Shown here: piece after piece, positions 23,207 to 36,000 of the stretch
Position numbering within the stretch: position 1 is the stretch's first letter
How the letters are laid out: each line of letters opens with the position of its first letter
Notes under the pieces: model-generated
Told to the model about the DNA's origin: nothing
Seen by the model: the letters and a program-made list of their open reading frames with translations, nothing else
The model's database searches: none
Made by a program: the position numbers and the translations under genes
Origin: Psammoneis japonica
Taxonomy: Eukaryota
Assembly (NCBI GenBank): GCA_008632985.1
Contig: QPGO01000246.1
Location: forward strand, 1 to 64,000
Direction: 5' to 3'
DNA: 64,000 bases

Positions 23207-25019
23207 CTAGTGACTAGACATACCGACGGCTTCCTTGAACATGCTGTCGATGACTTCGGAAAGAGTGGGTGGGTGTGAACAATCATACTGAGCTCCTGGA
23301 CTGTGGATCCGACGGCAACAGCGTTGGCACATTCTTGAATCAAATCGGCAGCATGGATTCCAATAATGTGGACAGCGACAACTTCTCCCGTTTCCTTCTT
23401 GTATAGGCACTTGGCCATTCCGTTGCCCTCTCCCTCGGCAAGTGCCTTGGAGTTAGCGCGGAAGCTACCGACACTCTTTCCCAAGGTCCAGCCCTCCTTT
23501 TCGGCGCGTTCCTTGCACTGCTCTTCGGTGGGACCAACCATGCTGATTTCCGGATGAGTAAAGCAAGCCTAGAGTATGCGAGGGTAGAGATAGGGGTGAG
23601 TGAAGAATACAAAATGTATTTGCCACGCTGGTCACTCTTCGCTACGTACCGCTGGGATGGCGTCGTGATTAACAACATGAGGACGTCCGACAATGTTTTC
23701 AACGGCAGAGATTCCTTGTGCTGAAGCAGCATGGGCAAGCATCATTTTCCCATTGGCATCACCAATGCAATAAACGTTGGGGACAACCTCTCCGTCTTCG
23801 TGCTTGGTCAAGACTTGCATCTTTTCATTGACAGCAACAAAACCGCGCTCAGTGATGATACCGGCATCTTCAAGACCCATGTCTTTGGTGTTGGGGACAC
23901 GGCCGGTGGCAACCATGGCGGCATCCACCTCGAGGGTTTCAACGTGTTCCTTGGTATTGGCGTCAATCATTTTGATGGTAACGGGCTTTTCTCCGGGAAT
24001 ACCGGGTGTGACCTCGGCGGCAAAGGTGTTGGTGTGATAGTTGATGGGACGTTCGCGAATGAGCAATCGTTCGGCCTGCTTGGCAATTTCACGGTCAAAG
24101 GTGGGCATGAGATCGGGAAGAGCCTCGATAAAGGTCACTTCGGCTCCCAATGCAGTGTAAACGTCGGAAAATTCCAATCCAATGTAACCAGATCCGATAA
24201 TGGCGACCCATTCAGGAACATAGGGCAATTCAAGAGCTCCATCCGAAGTGCACACTGTCTTTTCGTCGACAGTCACTCCAGGAGGGACAAACGGAACTGA
24301 TCCAGGAGCCAAAATAATATTCTGTCATGATTCGACAAATGACAAGAGTTTGAGAATGAGATGAAGTAGTTTGAAGGACGAGCATCGCAGCGGCAATGCA
24401 GTATAGGGGATAGGGGAGGAAGAAGCTGTGTAGTCTCATTCGGTGTGCCCTTTATCTACTCCAACTGTTGTTCTCCTTTACTCACCTTGGCAGTGTAAAT
24501 CTTTCCGGTGCTTCCATCCTTGATTTCGTGAGGGTTCGAGGTCAAAATACCGCGTCCTTCGATAACGTCCACACCCAATCCCACAAGAGATGCTTCGAGG
24601 TTTCCCTTCACACGGCTTGCCAAGTTCTTGGCATGATCGGCAACTCCCTGACGATCAAACTTGACATCCCCCTCAACTTGGATTCCCATGGATTCCAAAT
24701 GCGACGCATCCTTCATGTCACGGACACGACCCGAAGCAGCCAACAAGGCCTTGGAGGGAACACAACCACGGTTCACACAAGTACCTCCGACATCGCCACC
24801 GGCAAAGACGGCAGTCTTGAGATCCTGTGCCCGACTGTGCAAAGCCGCTCCATGACCACCTACTCCACAACCGATAATGGCAACGTCAAAATCATATTCT
24901 CCTCCCTCTGACATTTGGAGACTTGACGCCGTGCGAGAAAAGGAGGGAGTGGGTGGAACAAAAGCATTGGCAGTGGATGCTGCCAAGAGGCAAACCACAG
25001 CAGAAAAACGGTGCATCAT
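23207..25019 (-). CDS. DLD: Plastid dihydrolipoamide dehydrogenase (E3); introns 24322-24485 and 23569-23649; 1-nt frameshift ~23268
   Basis: Bipartite presequence (ANAFVP), [56 protein letters not shown]. Confidence 0.95.
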
Positions 25020-25439
25020 TGTTGAATATAGACAAATCTATTGTGTGTGATGTGAGAATATTGGTAAAAGCGAAACGAGAAAGCCAGAGCGCTTGTCACG
25101 AGGAGACGTCGACAACAATCACGACGAAATAAAAAGGGCGATCGTCCACACAAAAAGTGAACACGTATGTGTCGTCCGTATGTCATCCGTAAGTAACGGT
25201 CGGTTGTCTGACACGTCGTATCTTCTCGCCGTACCGGTAGAAGTCTACGTAGCAATTGTTGCTTCTGGCTGTCTTCCGTCATGACGTCATTTTGCGACTT
25301 ATTTTGGAATTTTGGTTTTGGCCAACTTTCGCCAAAGCTGACACCAACGCATTATTTGTTCGAAAGAGAGACAAAGCCTTTCTTCTTTCTCGACGCTGAG
25401 CGCATTATCCCGTTTGCAAACATACTCTGAACGTTCCAG

Positions 25440-26624
25440 ATGATGAATCTGAAGCCACATGATATGAGGTTGAAATTGATTACAACCACTCTATGTTTCA
25501 TGGGCTTGATGGGTGCTGCTGCTGGCTTTTTCTCACCGGCGTTTCTCACGACCGCCAAAACGGGGTGGTCTCCTTCTCGACCATTGTCGATACAGCATGT
25601 CTCTGCGGTAGCAACCGAAATCGCTTCCCGAAAACAAATTCTAGAGTTCCGAGAACCAAAAACCAACGTTTCGGTTGTGCTTGTGGGCGCCATGCACTAT
25701 AATCCAACATCGATCCAATTGGCCGTGGACACGTTGGAGGGGTTGGCAAGTCAGGATCGGCTGGGTTCCGTCATTATTGAAAGTTGCAACGAACGATGGA
25801 ATGAAACAAACACGGTCTATCAGAAGCAACCACTTTTGGAAAAGGTTTTGCAAAACGAAATGAGAGCCGCCAGCAAAGTGGCCTTTGCAAACAATATACC
25901 CGTCGTGTTGGGAGACCAATGCATCAATGAAACAGTCCAGGGCCTCAAGTCATCGTTTGGTGAGACGCTTCTCGATCTAGTTCGTCGACCCGTCCAGCTT
26001 GCACAGGAAATTTCAAGAGACACACAGCTTGCACTGCCGTCGGATCGGACAAACGAGTACTTGGATGTGACGAGTATTCTCGATCCAATGCTCTTGTTGC
26101 CCCTGCCCGTATCTCTAGTCAAGTATCCCTTTTCGTTTATTGCACGGTCTCCCATCAAGGGACTTGCGTTCTTGACATTGGTGTTTGGTCCGCTGGCGTT
26201 TTCGTCTCAACAACTACCGGATGACGCCTTGTTTGTTTCGTTTCAAGACTTGGCCATGTCCATTCTCATTGCGGTTCTGGAAGTAGTTGTGTTTTCGAGA
26301 ATCTTTACAAGAGAACTGTTGGTGAAACGCAATGAAGTGCTGGCTAGAAACATCCTCTCACAGTGTCAATTGATTCGACAAGCCGAGACGTTGGACAAGA
26401 AACAACCATGGTGGAAGAAAATCTTTTCTGACGATGGAGCAGAGCTGCGAGATAGCGACGTGTATGAGGTTGTCTATGCTGCTCCACCCAAAAAAGAAGA
26501 CTATCCCAGCACCAACGGCCACATGTCTAAGAAGGATATGGCAGAAGATAAAGCTGTCGTTGCCGTTCTCGGCCTCGCCCATTGCAACGGAATCAAAAAG
26601 CTATTGCGAGAAGAACTGGTTTAG
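25440..26624 (+). CDS. TraB/PrgY/GumN-like protein with signal/plastid presequence
   Basis: VVLVGAMHYNP, IIESC, NEMRAA, VVLGDQ, RNEVLA, VVAVLGLAHCNGI; N-terminal AAAGF. Real start may be 25464. Confidence 0.75.
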   Translation: MMNLKPHDMRLKLITTTLCFMGLMGAAAGFFSPAFLTTAKTGWSPSRPLSIQHVSAVATEIASRKQILEFREPKTNVSVVLVGAMHYNPTSIQLAVDTLEGLASQDRLGSVIIESCNERWNETNTVYQKQPLLEKVLQNEMRAASKVAFANNIPVVLGDQCINETVQGLKSSFGETLLDLVRRPVQLAQEISRDTQLALPSDRTNEYLDVTSILDPMLLLPLPVSLVKYPFSFIARSPIKGLAFLTLVFGPLAFSSQQLPDDALFVSFQDLAMSILIAVLEVVVFSRIFTRELLVKRNEVLARNILSQCQLIRQAETLDKKQPWWKKIFSDDGAELRDSDVYEVVYAAPPKKEDYPSTNGHMSKKDMAEDKAVVAVLGLAHCNGIKKLLREELV

Positions 26625-27389
26625 AACAAAACGGACGGACATGCCAAACTCGGTTTGCTTCACTGCCGCAACTAAACTTCACCGGTTTTTCTTCGGAGGA
26701 TTGACACTTATCATTACATGCAGCGTCTTTCGTACTTCTCTGGCATTGAACGACACGAGCTATTTCTTCACCAGCTACCGTAAGATTCTGCAACCATATA
26801 CACCATTGCGAAAAATCACCCTTTATTATTTACATTATAGGGCCTTACAGTCTAGAGTCATCTTATGGATTTTCTTCATTGGTGAATTTGTGTGACCCAC
26901 GTCCAATTTGCAGAGCGTGTCGTTTCTCTGTCGATACAATTTAACCCGCCAAACAACTCTTTCAACGAATCAACTGTAAATTGTGTCTTTGAACCATTGC
27001 AACCCATAATCTTTGTTGCTTTGTCCATGTACAGGTTGCTCCATGGGATCGTCTTGTTCAAATGACGAGTGTCAGCTTTCCCCTTGGTCCTTCTCAAAAG
27101 GAGCGAATGCCGCACATTCTCAAGGCACGCACAATCCCCGATCCTCACAATGAGAGCATCCAGATCAATGCAGCATCAACAGCATTCGTCAGCTCTTGCG
27201 CAGTCTTGGGCGTCCGAGCTCGTCGTCTCTTTCAAGGAGGGGAGAGACAAGAGAGTAGCTAGTGAGAACAGCAGGCACGAACTTCGTCCCTACAATATGA
27301 TAAACCGGCTTCAGTAAATAAACCTCTTTACATATCTGCTTAGACTCATAAAGGCTATCACGGTCCACGTTTGCCGCCTTGCAGAGCAA

Positions 27390-28404
27390 TCAAATGTATT
27401 TATCCAAGAAGCTTTCAGCACACGGTAATTTTCGGTCTGATTGAAGTAGTTGTATCCATCGAAGCGATTCAATTCACCTTCGATCCAGAGAAGCTCTTTC
27501 TCCACAGGAGCACTACCATGAATGTTCTCAATGTCCTCTGGTGAGGTGAGAGAGTCCTGGCGAACCTGCGCAAAGAACGTGGGAACCTTGATATCACGAA
27601 TAAACGGAAACGGCGACATATCATCCAAGCCAATACCAGCACGCTTCTGCAAGGCTGCTTCAACGCCCTTGACTTCGCCACCTCCAACCATTGGCAGAAC
27701 CTTTTCTGCCATGTACTTCATAGAGATTGGCTGAATACTCGTCATCACTTTCACCTTGTCAAAAATGTCGGGTTCGTTGCTCATGGCTCTAATAGTGGCA
27801 TTCGAACCCTGAAAAGACAAGGCAAACCTGGTATATGAGGTGCATTTTTGTCTACATGTGCATTATCATACCACACTCAGATGTCAAGTTGACGCTAGTA
27901 GCTACTCACCATACACTGGCTGATCAATGCGATGTCCATGTCTTTCAGATTGGCATTGCCGCGGATGTATTCCATGACACCGAAGATATCCTGCCATTCG
28001 AATGCTCCAACGCCAGCCAGTCCACCACTTCCTTCGGCACTTTCACCATGATTGCGGAAATCCATCGAAATCACGTGGTATCCATCGTCGTGTAAGTTCT
28101 TCAGAAGTGGCAAGAACTCAACATGCACGGGAACGAACTGTGCCACAGGCCCTTCAGGAAGGAATCCATATTTGCTGCAATAAAGAGGGTGGTTCATAAC
28201 AGCAAGCTTGTTGGTTTGTCCCTCGGCGGGTACATACCAAGCAGCAAGCTCGGTTCCGTCTTTTGACGGAAACGAGATCTTTTCAAAACCAAGACCATAG
28301 TCGCCGGGAGTCTTGAGCTGCTTGGCCCGGGTGGGACTAGTGAACAGCTGTGCCAAGGTTTCTGCCGGTGGAGCCTGAGGAGTGTCCTCCAGAGAGTCGG
28401 TCAT
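27390..28404 (-). CDS. Alpha/beta hydrolase with a Cys at the nucleophile elbow; intron 27809-27909; probable terminal frameshift
   Basis: FPSKDGTELAAWYVPA, DFRNHGES, spliced ISQCM|GSNA, IKVPT, KELLWIEG..RFDGYNYF. Confidence 0.85.
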
Positions 28405-28579
28405 GATGCCTGGTGGATATGCAACGAGCAGAATGAAGACGACTTCATTCGACGTGCTGATTGATGTGCTGAAAAAGGAAAAAGATACGAGCGACGCGAA
28501 ATAGCGAGCACATGCCGAAAGCACAGCGATCGACCCGCCGCTTGCGCGTCGCGATCCGCCCTCGCGAGGTGCTGAAAAG

Positions 28580-31500
28580 ATTGTGTCGCCCATCATGACA
28601 CAAGGCTTTCATGCTCTGTCTCAACCTCTGGCATCTGTCACTTTTGTCTCAGTCTGGTGCTTGCAGAGGGACAGACCAGTGCCATCTTCCTGTGCTGCAG
28701 GCACCGAGGATGGAACATGGGGCTGCATTCCCCGCGTGCAAAGATGGGCTGTGCCCTCGCTGTCACGACGCTCACCATTCTCGCATCAACAAAGCTGTGC
28801 ACTTCTGAGTGTGGTTTTTGCCATTTGTCTGCAGCAAGCCACGTCTCTGCTGTGCTTGACGCTGCCTTTGTTCTGGCTTCTTTGTTGCCGGGCAGTGCAT
28901 CCACAGCACACACAGTGCCACAAAAGGAGCAAAACGACATCGTTGTTCAAGGCAAGGCTTGAAATGCTTGCACTTTTTTTGTGGTCCAGCAGAACCTGCT
29001 CTGGCGCACGCACTGCTTGAGTGTTTGCCACAGCATCTGTCACTGCTCTCTCCCACACTGGCGCTGACCAAGGTGTCTTTGCAGCCACCATCTCTCGACT
29101 TGCCAGAGTCCTCATTGACACTCAGCAAACTGCTGGATTGACCAGGACTTTTTGAGATGTGACACAGGTTGATGGCAGGTTTGTCATGTGTGCTGAGGAA
29201 GGCTGGGCAGCCTTTGCCAATGGTCTGCCAAGCTCACTCATCACACAAATCTCATCATGACAAGAAATGGCCAGCCCACCCTTCTTGCACTGAAGAGCAT
29301 GTTGAGTGAAAAACTTGCATTTTCACATCATGTGTGTGCACAGGTGTGCAATCCAGTGGAGACATGTCACAGTTTCTTCTGCAATCTGACACTTGGCATT
29401 GTGTTTCTGGAAGCCATGTGCGTCTGACATTGCCCGGCCTGTCAGCTTCTGGGTGGAGGTCCAGCCATCCCACATGTGAGCACCAACGCAGGAGCTGGTG
29501 CAGGCTGTGCATCATTTCTGGGATCAATCATGCCAAGTTCCCAGCCCCCCCCCCCAGCCCTGGCATTGCTGTGAGAAGCTCATGTGTTGGGTGGCTTGAG
29601 TCACTGGAATGCTGGAAAATGAGTGAGCAGGTGGGTGGAGGCAAGGGGCAAGAAAAAAACACAACAACAGAGGCCAGAATGCATGAAGGTGAGGAGGATG
29701 ACAAAGAAAGCAGCAGCAACAGAGAGCCTGCAGCAAATGTGCAAAGATTTGCTGAAATGCCAATGAGACGCAAACAATGGCAAAGGATGCTGCAAAATGT
29801 CTTTGTTGCAAATCTTTTGTGAGACTCTCCAAGTTGTCAAGGAAACTTTGGATGCTGCTGACTGTGCAGCAGCTGCAGCTTCAAAGCTCTTCTCATTCAA
29901 AGATTTTTGCTTGTCATCAGTGTTTCCAGAGAGCCGTCAATGGTCACTTGTGTGTGGCTTTGACATGATCCCCTTGGCAGCCAAGGCACCATTTCACGCC
30001 TCTTCTGTGGATCCCTGTGCACCAGGAGCGGCCAGGACTGGAGGTTCAAGAGCCGCCAATGCCTCTGGCAACTGAACTGTGTGACTTGCCAATGCAGTTT
30101 TAACACAGATCAGAAGGAATGAGAATGCGAAGAGATGTCTGGAGAGAAGCCAGCCAGAGAGCTGCAAGCTCAACTCTTGATTTTCCTCTGGGTGGGTGAT
30201 TGTGCAGAGCTGCCCTTGATGTCAGCAGGCCCAAGTCAGTGCCCTCTTTGCTTTTTCTGCTGGGGCAACAGCAAAACAGAAAGTCAGAGCAAGTGGCAGC
30301 AGCAAATTGGTTGGTTCTTGGGGGCTCTCAAATCACCATTTGTCTTTCTCCCAAGTGTCTGGCAGTCTTGGGGCAGGGAAGAGTGTTTCTTCCCCAGACA
30401 CTGGCAAAGTTCAACTTTTCAATGTGCCGCCAGTCAACACATCTCCAAATTCTTGGAGATGAATGTGCACAATGTCAGGAGATCAACTGGAGCTGTTTGG
30501 CCAGATGTGCCAACCCATGTGCATTGGGTGTGAGATGGACTTGTGAACAAGTGGCTGTCCATCACATGTGAGCTGCGTGCTGCTGTGCACTGCACACAAA
30601 CCAGACATGCAGCATGTGTGGCTTTCAGCTGTGCTGTGTGCTTGCTGTGAAAGCAGCACAAATGACACATCACCTGAAGACACTTGCTCAGATGGCACAG
30701 CAAATTAACCTTCCATTGCAGCAAAGGGGCTGCTGGATGCTGTGATCAATTGTGTGGATGAGCCCAAGGTTGGGGTGTTGTGAACAAAGTCAGGGAGCAG
30801 CAATGATGTTGCTTCCTTCCACAACAAGGCCACAGCCAGCCCTGCTTGAGTTTGTTGCTCTCAGGCAACTCATTTTTTGCTCCAAAAGTTGGTTGGACAA
30901 TTGGCAGGCCAGTGCTGCTGTGGTTGCTTTTGCCAGCCCACTTCCCCCAGCAACAAGCATGCCAGGTGCATGGACAGCCCCCTTCATTGCCCAGCTCTTC
31001 ATCTTGTGCACATTTGTGGCTCCAATGAAGCAAGGCAGACAAGCCTGCAACAAGGCCATTTCCCAGCACCACACAGACAAACCTTTTGCATTGCAAGGAG
31101 CGATGTGATTCTCACAGAGAGCTCCATGGCCCGACCTGCTTGTGGTGTGTCTTGGGGGGCAGTGTTGGACAGTTTGCATGCATGGCTTGTGACGACTGGA
31201 CCAATCACCAGCAATTTGCAGCTTGGCATCTGCAAGCAAGAAGGAAAAACACAGGGGGCCAGGATGCTCACTCTGTGACTTGCAGCAGAGTTGCTTTCAA
31301 CCATGTGTGCACTTCTTGTGCCTTGCACATGGTTTCCACTCATCACCAACGTGGCACCCAGTGCTGACAAGACACACTTGAGATGAGCCAATTTCAAGAG
31401 AGCCCAACTTGCCACAAAGGCAATCAGGCCATTGTTGCCAGGCAAGGTGGCTGCTGAAAATTCACTTCCCCCTGCTTTTCTTTTTTTCCCAGAAGGGCTG

Positions 31501-34095
31501 CAATTCCACAAGTCCTGAAAATTGAGCCACTTTCCAATGTTGATTTGCAGATTCATTGTGGAGTCTTCCATCAGAGCATGGGTGCAACATGCATGCTGCC
31601 TGGTGCCCACCCATGGAGGCAAGCTCATCTTCAAATGAGGCACAGAGCAAACCCACGCTGTGGCTGTTCAAAGATGAGGCAGCTCCCAAGTGGCAGCAGA
31701 TTGTGCAACCCTTCTTGCCCAACCCCAAACCATCATGGTGAGAGATGAAACTTGAAGGTGCAGCAACTCAAGCACAAAAGCAAGAGCCCAGAATTTCCTC
31801 ACATGCTCAAGGCTGGAGTCACCAACATGCTCATGTGCTGCTGAGGCAGTTGGCAAAAAATTGCACCCCTCCATGTGTGGGGCCACCTGCTGGCACCAGC
31901 ACATGCACCTGTCAACACAAGGCTTGCATGCTTCCACAACAGTCTTGAAGTGAAGCTCATCATCAAGTCATTGGTGGCAATGCCCCCCCCCCCCACTTCA
32001 GGTTCAAGAAACAACCAAACTGGCTGGCTGGTGCCTGAGAGCATGGCTGCCAATGACACTGAGTTTCCAAGAGACAAGCCTGCAGACAATTTGTTGTTCA
32101 AGACAGTGCCCATGGGAGGGAAGGGTGCAACGCACCCTGCCCTGCTGCACCAAACTGCTTCACAGCTGCAATGAAGGTTCTTTTGCCAGAGCAGGAGGGG
32201 TTGAAAGAAGCCAGAGACATCTTCAAAGGAAGCCAAGCCCCCCAGTTTACAAACACCAAGTCTCCAGCGGCAATGTGCTTGAGCATGTTTCACCACCACA
32301 ATGCTTTTGGTTGGCAACAAACAAGCCACCATTGCAGACAAAAAAGAGAGCTTTGGGAGTGGGCGCCTCTCCACAAGGCAAAAAGCCTTGACCAACTTTT
32401 CTTGGCAGGCACACAGTGTGCATTTCCTTGGCTGTGTGCTTCTTCTGGCTTGACTCATTTGTGTCCTGAATGATCATCTCACAAAACACAACCATGCAGG
32501 TGTTCCTTCAATGAATCAACTGCAAATGTTTTTGAACAGTGCTGCTCCCCCACAGTCTTTTGTTTTTGCTTTGACTGTGCATGATTTGAAATGCTCTTGT
32601 TCAAGGGCTTTGTGGTCATCTGTTGTTTTCTTGACAGCGGGCTCAGAGAAACATCCCTTGCTGAAAAAAAAGCCTCCATGTCAGCCATTTGAGCTGCAAT
32701 GCAGAGCATGTCTTTGGTGTTCAGCACATCATGTTGGGGCTCACACCACCAGCATTGAATGCCTGGGAAATGCCTTGCTTTTCTGTGGTGTGAGTCAGCA
32801 CATTTTTGAGGCCAATGGCAGCATCCTGTCTTGAGTGTGCAACATTGAGAGGGTTTGGTTTGCCAAGTCTGCAAAACAACAAAAATTGGCCACCTGATGT
32901 CTGCCTTTGCAGCCCTCATGATTGTTTGCACTGGCCATGATTGTTTGTGGCCATTGAACCCACCACAAATTGTTGGGGCTGGCCATGGCACAACAGCATC
33001 AAATTGCCAGAGCACTGCACCCATGTCACTTGATTTTTTGTTGAGCACTGCACCCGTCACTTGATTTTTTGTTCTCAAACACCACACAAACCTCCCTTGA
33101 GCTGGCAAACAACTCATCCAAGCTTTGTGCTGCAGACACTCTCTCTCACAGACATGTTTTGCCAAGCAACTCAAGCGCGGCAGCTCAGCTGAGGTGCTGC
33201 CACCTCCTCTCCTCAACCAAAACATCATTTGCGTGTGCACACTGCCATTTGTCTTGATGGCAGTCTTGTGCTCATGAGATGCTCCTGCTTCTTGGTGGAC
33301 GAGATTGTGTGGGCACAATTGGCAAAAGAAGAAAATCTTTTTGACTCAAAGCAGGGGGGGCTGTGCCTTCTCGGTGAACGAGATTGTGTGGGCACAATTG
33401 GCAAAAGAAGAAAATTTTTTGACTCAAAGCAGGGGGGGTTGTGCAGCATTAACTTGCTCTTTTGACAGCCTCACACCAGCCAAAGAGCGGAATTTGGAAA
33501 AGACAGACTTTCTGTCAGTGTCTCTTGGCGTCTCCGCCAAGTCAATGATCATGACAAGCACTGTTCTTGATGATGTCTCTTCGTTGCAATTTGCAAGAAG
33601 TCTTGTTGCAACAGCATCTGCAGAGTCTCTTTCCACACATTTGCCAGGTGCAGAGACCATCAGTGTTGTGAGCAGCTCCAGCAACAAGAAAAGAGCCGTG
33701 AGAACAGCCACCTGGCTTGCGCAAATTTGACGTTTTTCTTTGACCAAGCTGGCTGTCATTGTGTTTCATGATCACTTCTTTGAAAAGACCAGCACAGCTG
33801 CACATGACACATAAAGAGAGAGTGCTCCTCAGAGAGCTCAGCAACAAAGAGAAAAGAAGCACAGGCTTGAACCCGGCACAGCTGCTTTGCTTTTTGAGCC
33901 ACACAGGAGGGCAGAGTTCTCCCGAAAGGAGGCGAAGTGAACCAAATCAATGCTTTGACATGGGGTCACCCATTTCCCACCATTGTTCCCATTGCTTTAC
34001 AAAATTAACAAAATTGTTGGCAACAAACCAACACTGTGTGGTGTCTTGTGGTGGTCTCCAGGTGAGAGTAAAACAAGCTGTGCTCGGTGCTCGAC
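28580..34095. pseudogene. 5.5-kb TpA/CpG-depleted domain with eroded, unidentified coding remnants
   Basis: About 8 TpA seen in ~5.5 kb. Cys/His-rich overlapping ORFs. 33424-33759 has an N-terminal TM-like segment. No TIR or LTR found. Confidence 0.55.
33288..33444. repeat. ~79-bp tandem duplication
   Basis: cttct(t/c)ggtg(g/a)acgagattgtgtgggcacaattggcaaaagaagaaaat..gactcaaagcaggggggg(c/t)tgtgc x2. Confidence 0.92.
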
Positions 34096-34343
34096 AGATG
34101 GGGGGGGGGGGGCGGGTGATGCGAGATGCGATGGGCGCGCGGCGAGATGAAGTGAACGACGTCAACGACCTGACGTCACAGTTTCAGTTGGAGGGAAAAA
34201 ACGAACGAAAAAAAACCGCGACGTCGCGGGGCGAGAATAAGCATAATGATGAGCAATGAGGCAGGGGGAATAAAGAACACTTTCTCTCCTCACTGGCACT
34301 GCCAGAGGACGACAAAACAAAAAGATCGATTAGGAAAAACCCA

Positions 34344-35681
34344 ATGTTGTCGATTTTCATTAGTTACCTGCTGGCAAACACATTGTTTGTTCAAGGCTTC
34401 ACGCTTTCGCGGTCAACGTCCCGCAACGGCGTCGTACCGCTTTCATCCGCGGCTTCAGATGACGAAGAAAAGCGAATGGAAATGGTTCGGCAACTCCAAA
34501 AGACCTTTTACAACTCTGCTGCTGATGAACAGGACAGGCCGCAACTGGAAAAAGAGACTGGTCGAGTCACGAATCTTCCACTGTGGAGAGTCGGATGGAT
34601 TGAAGTTCCCGGACGAGCAAATTGTTTGAATGTGCACGAAGGTCACTACACCAACATGTTTGAAAAGATCATTTCTGGACCAAAGCCGTGGTATTTTGGG
34701 CACTTGTATCTGCCTGGAGGAACCAAAGCCGCCCGAACAGACGAAAAGCGTTTTCAGCTCAAGAGCTGGCGGGACGAAATCCAAGACACGGATAGGTTTG
34801 ATCAAGAGGAGCGATCGGCCGTTGTAGGGTGTTTAATGCGTATCACAGACTTTCGGCGACTTCAAGATGGACGGCTCACGATATTGGTTCATGCTCTGGA
34901 GCGATTTGTGGTGGATGAGGTTGTGGAATCCTTTCCTCATGGTGTTGCTCATGTACAGATCCTACCAGATACAGAAGACATGCCGACTAAGGTTGACGAG
35001 AATTTTGGCAAAATTGCCCGGGCAGATGCGGTAAGGCGATCCTTTCAATATCATGATTACGAATGCGATTCAATAGAACTGCCACTGCCAAAAGATACAG
35101 ATTACATGTCAACACAAGACGTGGGTGTGTATGGATTGAAAATTGCAAAATGCTTGCCGTTTGCCTTTTACTCCAAGAATGACACGTCCTTGGAAAGAAT
35201 AGAACCTGTCAGTAGCCGCTATGACGAAGGTAATTGTAGTTTTGCAGGTGGCCAACCTCTACTGGAGGAAAGATTGCAAGCGGACTTGGTTCTGCGGAAC
35301 CCTCCACCGCTTCCTGGTGTCAAGAGCCAAGCGTCACAAGACGCAGACGCGCTTGAAAAGTTCATCTGGTTGGCATTGGAAGATTTTTGTCGAGCGTCCG
35401 ATTTTGTTCTTCCAGAAGAAATATTGTGTCTGCTGCCTCCCGACATGGAATACCTTGACATGGGCCCTCCAAAGCAGTGCTTGTCAGACAAGTACCCCAA
35501 GCAGCGCCGGCAGCGTAGACTGAGCTACCACTTGCCAAAATTGATCGAGAACACAAACGTTGGCGCCGCGATTCCCATGCGGCAAGTCTTGTTGAACACA
35601 CCGAGCACACAAGCAAGACTAGCGGCAGTGTTGGAACGCTTTCAGTTGATCAATGATGCCGTAATGGGACAATTCCAATAA
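34344..35681 (+). CDS. LON peptidase N-terminal (substrate-binding) domain protein, likely plastid-targeted
   Basis: Signal peptide ending VQGF; LPLWRV..EVPG..LNVHEGHYTNMFE, VVGCLMRI..DGRL..ALERF, RQVLLNTPSTQARL. Confidence 0.7.
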   Translation: MLSIFISYLLANTLFVQGFTLSRSTSRNGVVPLSSAASDDEEKRMEMVRQLQKTFYNSAADEQDRPQLEKETGRVTNLPLWRVGWIEVPGRANCLNVHEGHYTNMFEKIISGPKPWYFGHLYLPGGTKAARTDEKRFQLKSWRDEIQDTDRFDQEERSAVVGCLMRITDFRRLQDGRLTILVHALERFVVDEVVESFPHGVAHVQILPDTEDMPTKVDENFGKIARADAVRRSFQYHDYECDSIELPLPKDTDYMSTQDVGVYGLKIAKCLPFAFYSKNDTSLERIEPVSSRYDEGNCSFAGGQPLLEERLQADLVLRNPPPLPGVKSQASQDADALEKFIWLALEDFCRASDFVLPEEILCLLPPDMEYLDMGPPKQCLSDKYPKQRRQRRLSYHLPKLIENTNVGAAIPMRQVLLNTPSTQARLAAVLERFQLINDAVMGQFQ

Positions 35682-36000
35682 TGTCCGAAAAAACGAAAGA
35701 TTACTTCGTTAGAAACATTAGAGTAGATATCGAAATTATGTGAGCGAAAAGTTGGGTGGAAGGAGTATAGCACAAAAGATGGGGCTTCGCAACTATTGGG
35801 AACTAGGAGCATCTTTTTATCATGATATCATCTCTAGCCCTAGTATTATGATCAAAGTGTGTTCCCTCGTAAATGCAACAACCTGCTCTCGAGAAACAGA
35901 ACTGCAGGTCTGCACCCTCTGTGCGCCCAATACACGTGGCACCCTTTCTAGCTAGCTATTACTGCAAAGCTAGTCATTTATGTCGGGCAGTAAGCCAAAT

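Noticed and set aside
33288..33444. CRISPR-like array, or extra copies of the transposon TIR (tgtgggcacaa is shared)
   Set aside because: Only two adjacent units with no spacers, in a eukaryote. The 11-nt TIR match has no inverted partner or TSD.
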